This document shows positions 32,428 through 38,117 of a DNA stretch of 40,649 nt, one piece after another; the stretch's first letter is position 1, and every line of letters starts with the position of its first letter. This stretch comes from a virus: positions 1 through 40,649 of IMG/VR virus record IMGVR_UViG_3300020138_000004, one strand, 5' to 3'. The translations under genes and the position numbers were made by a program. The notes beneath the pieces are model-generated. The model ran no database searches. It saw only the letters and a program-made list of their open reading frames with translations, and was not told where the DNA came from.

Positions 32428-32867
32428 TATTCCCCCATCGCGTAAAGCAGCAGGGCAACGGCATCTGCCGCATTGTCATCCTGCACATTGAATCCTTTGC
32501 CCTTCACTGCGGCCATGACTTCGGGCTTCTTGGCCTTGCCAGAGCCGCAGATTGATTTTTTGATCGTCATGGGTGAAATCATGTGGCGCGGAATGTTCCG
32601 GCTCTCGGCGGCTCTGTTGGCTTCCCATGTCAGCCCCCAAAGCAATTCCGTGGTTGGTAGCCCGTTCTTGTAAAATCCGCGCTCGATATAGACATCATGC
32701 GGCTCGATCTCGGTCAGCAATTCGAGCAGCCAGCGATTGAACCGCCGCCCTCTAACTGCGTTGTCCGAAGAAAGGCCGGAAAAATCCCTTGTGCCAAACT
32801 GGATATCTTCCGGCGTGTTGCCGTATGCGAATCCGGTTCTTAAGGCTATATCGAGCGCGAGGATCAT
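32427..32867 (-). CDS. RuvC-like Holliday junction resolvase
   Basis: MILALDIALRTGFAYG supplies the first catalytic Asp motif. The C-terminal QDDNAADAVALLLYAM matches the RuvC end motif. Track ORF trimmed to ATG 32867 (TAATG overlap). Confidence 0.75.
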   Translation of the reverse strand: MILALDIALRTGFAYGNTPEDIQFGTRDFSGLSSDNAVRGRRFNRWLLELLTEIEPHDVYIERGFYKNGLPTTELLWGLTWEANRAAESRNIPRHMISPMTIKKSICGSGKAKKPEVMAAVKGKGFNVQDDNAADAVALLLYAMGE

Positions 32868-33364
32868 TAGATGTGCGCCCACCTATCGCGTCTGGCAATC
32901 CGGTTAACCATATCGGTAGAAACAGAAAAACGATCAGAGATGGATTTGCTTGAATATCCGGCCAATTTCAGATCTCTTATTTTTTTTACTTGAAGAGAAG
33001 TTAGCCTGGCATTTCCATTCCTCTCGCCTGCCCCGGTTACAGAGGTTCCGTGCTTTACACTATCCTGATAGTTTTCTCTGGTTGTGGCCCACCTAAGGTT
33101 AGTAAAATGATTGTTGTCTTTGCTTCCATCCCCGTGCGCGACCACATGGCGCGTCGATGGTTGCAAACCACAGAATGCCTCACATACTATCCTGTGGACA
33201 TAAAAGCTTTTTCTGCTTTTTTTTGTTCCGCTGTATAAATAAACCAGATTGTAGCCGTCATGATTTTTGTGTTGTCGCAACACCCTTGAAGTTTTTTTAT
33301 TACGAACGTTTCCGCAATCAGATACTTCGTATTTGGGATTGCCCGTTACTGTCTTCCACTGCAT
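32867..33364 (-). CDS. NUMOD4 + HNH homing endonuclease with a C-terminal HTH
   Basis: WKTVTGNPKYEVSDCGNVRNKKT is NUMOD4-like. YVHRIVCEAFCG...VVAHGDGSKDNNHFTNLRWATTRENYQD is HNH_3-like. The C-terminal YSSKSISDRFSVSTDMVNRIARR is HTH-like. Confidence 0.85.
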   Translation of the reverse strand: MQWKTVTGNPKYEVSDCGNVRNKKTSRVLRQHKNHDGYNLVYLYSGTKKSRKSFYVHRIVCEAFCGLQPSTRHVVAHGDGSKDNNHFTNLRWATTRENYQDSVKHGTSVTGAGERNGNARLTSLQVKKIRDLKLAGYSSKSISDRFSVSTDMVNRIARRDRWAHI

Positions 33365-33472
33365 TTAATTCCCCTGATGGAGTTAGCCTCCTCGGATCAG
33401 CTGAATGCTTCTTCGCAAGGTTGGCGGTTGGTATGCCCGGCCCTTTGAGCGGAGGCCGGAAACCGCTTTCCC

Positions 33473-33745
33473 CTAGGAAAAGGAAACTTTCGCCGATCCT
33501 CGAAAGGACAGATCGGCGCCGTGATGCGCAGAGGTGCAAGGCCGCGCTACGGGATTATGTTTTTTGCTTGCAATTCGGTCAGCTTGTGGATAAGTCTGTT
33601 CGCAATTACAGGAATCCAGCTCACGCAAAGCGCGCCCGTTAAGGGTATTCAGCGCTAAAGGCGGCTTATTGCCTTGTGTTTGCTGGGCCGAAAAAAAAGA
33701 GGAATCGGGTTTGATTTCGGAAAACGACAAGCTGTCCGGCTTCAT
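33473..33745 (-). CDS. Doubtful ORF (90 aa, low-complexity product)
   Basis: It is co-oriented with the operon, and SD GAAGGAG lies about 10 nt before the ATG. The product, MKPDSLSFSEIKPDSSFF..., looks non-globular. Confidence 0.2.
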   Translation of the reverse strand: MKPDSLSFSEIKPDSSFFSAQQTQGNKPPLALNTLNGRALRELDSCNCEQTYPQADRIASKKHNPVARPCTSAHHGADLSFRGSAKVSFS

Positions 33746-33750
33746 GTTCT

Positions 33751-33939
33751 TTACGCTCCTTCTCTATTTGATTGAGAAGGGGCAAATCGACCTGAAGGAG
33801 TATCAGGATTTTGCGCGGCGCTATCTTGAAGCCTCACGTCTGCCCGAACCATTGAAGCCAATAATTCGAGATGCGATTGATACTTTAGGCGAAAGTAAAA
33901 CCCTGCAATAGCATCCCTGATTGTCTTAAAAGGCTTCAT
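33751..33939 (-). CDS. Possible small early protein (62 aa)
   Basis: ATG 33939 is preceded by AGGA at about 6 nt and is co-oriented with cro. A competing + strand ORF (33744..33911) covers the same DNA. Confidence 0.3.
   Translation of the reverse strand: MKPFKTIRDAIAGFYFRLKYQSHLELLASMVRADVRLQDSAAQNPDTPSGRFAPSQSNREGA
33758..33780. promoter_or_regulatory. 23-bp palindrome CCTTCTC-N9-GAGAAGG
   Basis: It has perfect 7-bp arms. It shares the 9-mer TTCTCTATT with the two operators at 37374 and 37409. On the minus-strand RNA the 3' arm overlaps the SD of the 33745 ORF. Confidence 0.45.
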
Positions 33940-33950
33940 GGCGTTCCTGT

Positions 33951-33989
33951 AAAAATAAAGCCCCCGCGCGACTGGCATCGCTTGAGGGG
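33951..33989 (-). terminator. Possible weak terminator just after cro
   Basis: The minus-strand RNA reads CCCC-UCAA-GCGA-UGCCAG-UCGC-GC-GGGG followed by CUUUAUUUUU. The stem is imperfect. Confidence 0.3.
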
Positions 33990-34187
33990 TTATTGGGTGG
34001 TTGAAAAGAAACCGTTGTAAGTGACCTTTTCGGCACCAAATTCACGCAAGTAGGCTTCAAACAGCTTGCGCGAACCTTGCTTCTTTCCGTTCTCGACTTC
34101 GGAAAGGTAGCCCTTTGCAAAACCAAGGCGCTTGGACATTTCTTCCAAGGTCAACCCTTCCGCATTCCTAATTTCGATAGGTCTCAT
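33990..34187 (-). CDS. cro: Cro-like XRE-family HTH protein (65 aa; alternative start 34238)
   Basis: MRPIEIRNAEGLTLEEMSKRLGFAKGYLSEVENGKKQGS is a typical HTH_XRE. The gene is divergent from the CI-like gene. There is no clear SD before ATG 34187. Confidence 0.7.
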   Translation of the reverse strand: MRPIEIRNAEGLTLEEMSKRLGFAKGYLSEVENGKKQGSRKLFEAYLREFGAEKVTYNGFFSTTQ

Positions 34188-34280
34188 GTGGCGTAGGTTC
34201 TCATAATGAAAACCTAAAGGCAAGAGAAAAGTTCTCATTTTTTCCCTTTGTAATTTTTCGAGGGGGGCTAGGAGTCGGAT
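34188..34280. promoter_or_regulatory. CI/Cro divergent control region with inverted repeats
   Basis: TAGGTT-N11-AACCTA at 34194..34216. GAGAA-AAG-TTCTC at 34224..34236. GTTCTCAT occurs twice (34198 and 34231). Promoter hexamers were not confidently placed. Confidence 0.5.
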
Positions 34281-34952
34281 ATGCAAAACAACATCAGGTT
34301 TCACCGCAAAAAGGCGGGCCTAAGTCAGACCCAACTTGCGGGTGCGGCTGGCACGGTGAAAAGCAAGATTTCCACCCTCGAAAGCGGAAAGCAGGAGCTA
34401 ACGCTGACATGGATGGAAAAGATATGCGATGCCCTTGCCAGTCACGGTTACAAAATTGAGCCTGCGGATTTGTTGCCGAATTCAGAAATAAAGAAGCTCG
34501 GCTATATCAACGTCATAGGCGAGGTGCAGGCTGGTATATGGAGCGAAGCCTCCCAATGGGATGAGGCCGACTGGCAGGTGGCTCTGTTCGACGTAAGCGA
34601 AGCTGAGAAGCTGGCTTACGGGCTTCGCGTTAAAGGCGATTCCATGGATGAGTTCTACCCCGAAGGCTCTATTGTCGTCGTCATGGACATCCATGATTAT
34701 CCTATTCCGATCGACACTTTCGACCATGTGATCGTTCAGCGTTGCCGGGGCGGGGATATTTGCGAAACTACAATCAAGGAACTGGTTATTAAGGGGGACA
34801 AGGCCGAGTTATGGCCGCGGTCAAGAAACCCGAAATATAAAGACCCGATATGCCTGTTTTGGCCGTACGATAAGCGCCAGCAGCATGGGATTGAATCTGT
34901 CGAAATTAAAGGGGTGGTAATAGGCTCAATCAATAGAAGGAAGAGATTTTAA
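34281..34952 (+). CDS. cI: CI-type repressor: XRE HTH plus S24 (LexA-like) autopeptidase
   Basis: HTH: IRFHRKKAGLSQTQLAGAAGTVKSKISTLESGKQ. Candidate Ala-Gly cleavage site in GEVQAGIW. Ser motif in VKGDSMDEFYPEGSIVVV and Lys in TTIKELV. SD AGGAG lies upstream. Confidence 0.9.
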   Translation: MQNNIRFHRKKAGLSQTQLAGAAGTVKSKISTLESGKQELTLTWMEKICDALASHGYKIEPADLLPNSEIKKLGYINVIGEVQAGIWSEASQWDEADWQVALFDVSEAEKLAYGLRVKGDSMDEFYPEGSIVVVMDIHDYPIPIDTFDHVIVQRCRGGDICETTIKELVIKGDKAELWPRSRNPKYKDPICLFWPYDKRQQHGIESVEIKGVVIGSINRRKRF

Positions 34953-34962
34953 GGAAAAACAT

Positions 34963-35457
34963 ATGAAAAAACTTTTTATTTTGAGCGTGTTTGTATTGGC
35001 AGGGTGCTCGCAAACAGGGCTTTATTCCCCAGAACAGCAGGCGCGCGTCATGAGTGATGCATATCTATGCAAAGAAGCCACAGGCAGAATAGCCGAGGAT
35101 ATCCAAAAAGCAGAGATCGGGCGCAGAGAAATTGATTGCAAAAAGGTCATAGAAAACAAAGAAAAAGCCAAAGCTGCCGCCTCAAAAAAAGAGAAAAAAG
35201 CCCAAGAGGAGCGGTACGCGGACGCAAATAGACTTCATAGGCAAAAACCCAAAATCAGAAACATAAGCGACCAAGTATTAGCGGACTCGATCGACCAGTA
35301 TTACATCGTGAGCGATAACGGCGGCTCTCATACCGAACGATGCGTTTATGCCGGCATGGTAAAGGCTGCGGCGGCACAGGCTAAAAGGCAGGACTATTAC
35401 CGAGCATGGAACGATTTTGCGAAGCTGGACTGCTCGCTTGCAGAGTGGCTTGATTAA
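34963..35457 (+). CDS. Lipoprotein (164 aa), co-oriented 10 nt after cI
   Basis: Lipobox in MKKLFILSVFVLAGC, SD AAGGAAAAACAT, a Lys/Glu-rich linker and four further Cys residues. Confidence 0.75.
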   Translation: MKKLFILSVFVLAGCSQTGLYSPEQQARVMSDAYLCKEATGRIAEDIQKAEIGRREIDCKKVIENKEKAKAAASKKEKKAQEERYADANRLHRQKPKIRNISDQVLADSIDQYYIVSDNGGSHTERCVYAGMVKAAAAQAKRQDYYRAWNDFAKLDCSLAEWLD

Positions 35458-35484
35458 CCGCCCCCAGAGAGGAGAGGATGAAGA

Positions 35485-35676
35485 ATGGATGATAAAACCC
35501 ATTATGTGCTTTTAGATATACTCTCTGCCCAACTGAAAATGCACGGGTCAATACAAGATTTGTTCTATCAGGTTTACAATCCAGAATTGCCTGGCCTTAT
35601 AGATAAAAATGATCTTAAGAAAAACATAGATGAGACATTTAAGGATATCTCCAAAGCGATCGAGAGGCTGAAATGA
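35485..35676 (+). CDS. Small helical protein (63 aa)
   Basis: ORF with SD GAGAGGAGAGGA upstream. Its stop overlaps the next start. Confidence 0.55.
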   Translation: MDDKTHYVLLDILSAQLKMHGSIQDLFYQVYNPELPGLIDKNDLKKNIDETFKDISKAIERLK

Positions 35677-36014
35677 GCGCCCCCGATACATGGAGGCTTA
35701 AACAAGCCGAGGATGATATTAAGTCCCTTAAAGAAAAACTTGAAATCTCCGGCGGCGGCGGTGATAATGGTGGCATGACGCTTTGGCAAACCAGCGTAGA
35801 GAACAGGCTCGGGCAACTCCATACGGACATTGTCGGCCTAAAAAACTTCCTGCTTATTGCTTATGGCGCGGGGTTCCTTGCCATGCTTGGCATTTTCGGC
35901 GCGGGGTTTGCTTCCCTGGATCATAAATTCGAGCGCGTAAATGAGCGCATGGATATCACCAATGCGACCTTATCAGATATTCAATCCGTTCTTTCACAGC
36001 AGGATAAGAAGTGA
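35673..36014 (+). CDS. Single-pass membrane protein with coiled-coil N-terminus (113 aa)
   Basis: It has a GGGGDNGG linker and a TM segment FLLIAYGAGFLAMLGIFGAGF. The start is an ATGA overlap. Confidence 0.6.
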   Translation: MSAPDTWRLKQAEDDIKSLKEKLEISGGGGDNGGMTLWQTSVENRLGQLHTDIVGLKNFLLIAYGAGFLAMLGIFGAGFASLDHKFERVNERMDITNATLSDIQSVLSQQDKK

Positions 36015-36151
36015 AGCCTACCGATCATCAACATGACATGGATCGTCGCCTTAAAAACATAGACGCACGATTCAAGCTTGTTATGTGCACATTTTTTGCT
36101 TCTTTTCTGTCCCTTGCTGCTTTGTTGGCAAAGGGCTTTGGCTGGCTGTAG
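36011..36151 (+). CDS. Small C-terminally anchored membrane protein (46 aa, GTG start; alternative ATG 36038)
   Basis: Hand translation VKPTDHQHDMDRRLKNIDARFKLVMCTFFASFLSLAALLAKGFGWL. It forms a GTGA overlap with the upstream stop. Confidence 0.4.
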   Translation: MKPTDHQHDMDRRLKNIDARFKLVMCTFFASFLSLAALLAKGFGWL

Positions 36152-36157
36152 GCCGCC

Positions 36158-36475
36158 ATGAACCTCGTCCCCAAACAAACCCTCCCCGACGCGCAATATG
36201 TCGAGCTGCATCAAGAGCTGTCCGAATGGCTGCTCGATAATGGCTATTTCCCCGCCGCAGAGGGGCTTACAGAGGAAGAATGGGCCGATCTAAGGCACAG
36301 AGCCTCGGAAGTCGCCCACGGGCTTATACGGCTCTCCCTAAAGGCTTTGGGGAAGGATTTGAAAACCGCGATCGCGGATAAGTCGATCTACCCTGCCCTT
36401 GTCCATCCCCTGCCCATGCCGGATGTGAGCATCGACCTCGATTTTATCGTGAACGGGGAAAAGGTTAAATTTTGA
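36158..36475 (+). CDS. Acidic hypothetical protein (105 aa)
   Basis: ORF-track ORF starting 6 nt after the preceding stop. No motif recognised. Confidence 0.55.
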   Translation: MNLVPKQTLPDAQYVELHQELSEWLLDNGYFPAAEGLTEEEWADLRHRASEVAHGLIRLSLKALGKDLKTAIADKSIYPALVHPLPMPDVSIDLDFIVNGEKVKF

Positions 36476-36532
36476 ATGGCGCGTGAAACGGGCCATGGGC
36501 GATACGGGGCTGGATAGGCAGAGGTGAGCGGG

Positions 36533-36742
36533 TTAGAATTTTTTGTCTATTCCCGCATCTTTCAGAACACCGTTTGCCGTATGGCGGGATTTAACGCCTT
36601 TATCAACAATCAAGTTCTTTTTTACGATTGGGCTATACCAAATCTCATGATCCCCCCTGCCCTGTCGGACAAAAGTGCATCTATGTTCTTGAAGGGTTTT
36701 AATTAATTCTCGATAGAATCCTTTAGACACACGCCGCCCCAT
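36533..36742 (-). CDS. hicA: HicA-family toxin
   Basis: 69 aa. LIKTLQEHRCTFVRQGRGDHEIWYSP...SRHTANGVLKDAGI fits the HicA/YcfA pattern (L...G....RQ.GSH......P.H....gt...Ilk.ag). Confidence 0.75.
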   Translation of the reverse strand: MGRRVSKGFYRELIKTLQEHRCTFVRQGRGDHEIWYSPIVKKNLIVDKGVKSRHTANGVLKDAGIDKKF

Positions 36743-36995
36743 ACGGCACTACAAAAGAGCGCGGATCAAAGAGGAAGTTGTCACGGCTGATGTCTTCTTT
36801 GACGCCGTTCAATTCCAGCAATTCAGGCGCGACCTCCATAACTCGCTTCACGAGAGCCGACATCGTTGGGGCTTCGGTATTAAGGCCATAAATGTCATCG
36901 CTATGGGCTACAAACACCTCTGCTTCGCCGTCCCATTCAACAAAGACAGTATAGGTTTTTGGCTGGGCTAAAACGCGTTTTATCATGCTTAACAT
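36723..36995 (-). CDS. hicB: HicB-like (DUF1902-type) antitoxin
   Basis: YTVFVEWDGEAEVFVAHSDDIYGLNTEAPTMSALVKRVMEVAPELLE fits the HicB N-terminal fold pattern. It overlaps hicA by 20 nt. The start was chosen at the ATG 7 nt after AGGA (alternatives 37001 and 36986). Confidence 0.65.
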   Translation of the reverse strand: MLSMIKRVLAQPKTYTVFVEWDGEAEVFVAHSDDIYGLNTEAPTMSALVKRVMEVAPELLELNGVKEDISRDNFLFDPRSFVVPYGAACV

Positions 36996-37048
36996 TCTCA
37001 TATCCTGCCTAACAAGAGGTTAACAGAATCCGCCCGTCACGGGCAAAT

Positions 37049-37132
37049 CAGGGGAAATATACTTTTTGGGTTGGGAGTAACATAGAGAGACATTTTGGCG
37101 TTTTCAAGGCCATTATGGGGTGATTTCCCCTG
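37049..37132. repeat. 10-bp perfect inverted repeat bracketing the hicBA promoter
   Basis: CAGGGGAAAT at 37049..37058 and ATTTCCCCTG at 37123..37132. Confidence 0.8.
37079..37107 (-). promoter_or_regulatory. Candidate hicBA promoter
   Basis: On the minus strand: TTGAAA (37107..37102), 17-nt spacer, TATGTT (37084..37079). This is about 75 nt upstream of hicB. Confidence 0.5.
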
Positions 37133-37145
37133 TCTGAAAAGCCCC

Positions 37146-37334
37146 CTATTTCGATGGTGTGGCAATTACCTTGCCGCTGTCCTGGCTTTCGGGGTGATGG
37201 GCAGCACAATAAGAAATCCCCGCTAAGGCTATTCCTAGCCCGATCCAGAACCCCAGCCAGCAAAGACCTTTCCCGATCCAATAAAGGTGTCCCATGTGAT
37301 TGGGGCTATCTTTCCATTTTCCGTCTTCATCCAT
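37146..37334 (-). CDS. Small Trp/Gly-rich membrane protein (62 aa)
   Basis: TM segment LCWLGFWIGLGIALAGISYCAA, with GGGGG about 6 nt before the ATG. The gene is divergent from the early + strand promoter. Confidence 0.45.
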   Translation of the reverse strand: MDEDGKWKDSPNHMGHLYWIGKGLCWLGFWIGLGIALAGISYCAAHHPESQDSGKVIATPSK

Positions 37335-37372
37335 ACCCCCTTATCCCGCGATTTTCCGCTGTTGTCAAAATA

Positions 37373-37426
37373 ATTCTCTATTAGCGAATATTTTTCCTTG
37401 ACTTGCTGTTCTCTATTAGCGAATAT
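37373..37426 (+). promoter_or_regulatory. Early + strand promoter flanked and overlapped by two identical 18-bp operators
   Basis: TTCTCTATTAGCGAATAT lies at 37374..37391 and 37409..37426. TTGACT (37398..37403), 17-nt spacer, GAATAT (37421..37426). Each operator contains the 17-bp quasi-palindrome (A/G)TTCTCTATTAGCGAAT. Confidence 0.65.
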
Positions 37427-37449
37427 CAGATCAACAAAAGGAAACCGCC

Positions 37450-37782
37450 ATGTCACAGACACAGAAACACACGACTCTATACGCGCATCGCCAATTTGTA
37501 ACCGACAAGCAATCATTCTTTATCGACGAAAACGGAACTCGTTACGGCGAAACCCCGAACTTGGTAATTGACGCAGGTGATGAAAACCTAGCCGCCCTGA
37601 TCGCCGCCGCGCCGGAACTGCTTGAGGCTTTGGAACGGGCAGATATACGCCTTGAAAGCATTTCTGACTATTTAGAAATGCACTGTAGCGGCGAAAACGC
37701 CATGGCAAAAAGGCAAATTCTTTATTCGATCCGCGAACAAATCACAGCCGCAATCGCCAAAGCCACAGGCGGTGCGCAATGA
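37450..37782 (+). CDS. Hypothetical early protein (110 aa)
   Basis: It is the first ORF after the early promoter, with SD AAAGGAA upstream. No family recognised. Confidence 0.6.
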   Translation: MSQTQKHTTLYAHRQFVTDKQSFFIDENGTRYGETPNLVIDAGDENLAALIAAAPELLEALERADIRLESISDYLEMHCSGENAMAKRQILYSIREQITAAIAKATGGAQ

Positions 37783-38108
37783 ACATCCCTTTCTCCTACG
37801 AAGAACCAAGCAGCTATTTCGATCATTACCTGATCGCAAAAACGAGCGATGGGCTTGAAATAAAAATCGGCTTTAAGGGTTTTGAGGCTGAATACATCTA
37901 CATATCCGAACATGAGATGGAGGTTGCCAGCGATGATTATAAGGGCCTCTACGTCAATTTCGGCCATGGGCTGGAAATGAAGATCATCCCTATCGCCAGC
38001 GTGATCCAGCAGGCCAATGCTCAAATTGATTTCATCGTTGCCGAAGTCGAAGCCGAGCAGCGCGACTGGGATCGGCATGTCGCCTCTTTTTCTCAAGCAC
38101 AATTATAG
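37779..38108 (+). CDS. Hypothetical early protein (109 aa)
   Basis: ATGA-coupled ORF. No motif recognised. Confidence 0.55.
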   Translation: MNIPFSYEEPSSYFDHYLIAKTSDGLEIKIGFKGFEAEYIYISEHEMEVASDDYKGLYVNFGHGLEMKIIPIASVIQQANAQIDFIVAEVEAEQRDWDRHVASFSQAQL

Positions 38109-38117
38109 GAAACCGAA

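Noticed and set aside
33669-33911. + strand ORF (80 aa from TTG, or 55 aa from ATG 33744) with a plausible helical product
   Set aside because: It has no SD, opposes the surrounding transcription, and contains the 23-bp palindrome. Minus-strand ORFs with SDs cover the same DNA. The question is unresolved, so the ORF is not listed as a feature.
37235-37516. 93-aa minus-strand ORF spanning the early promoter/operator region
   Set aside because: It runs through the operator repeats and the start of the + strand gene 37450. It overlaps the better-supported 62-aa membrane ORF in another frame. There is no SD.
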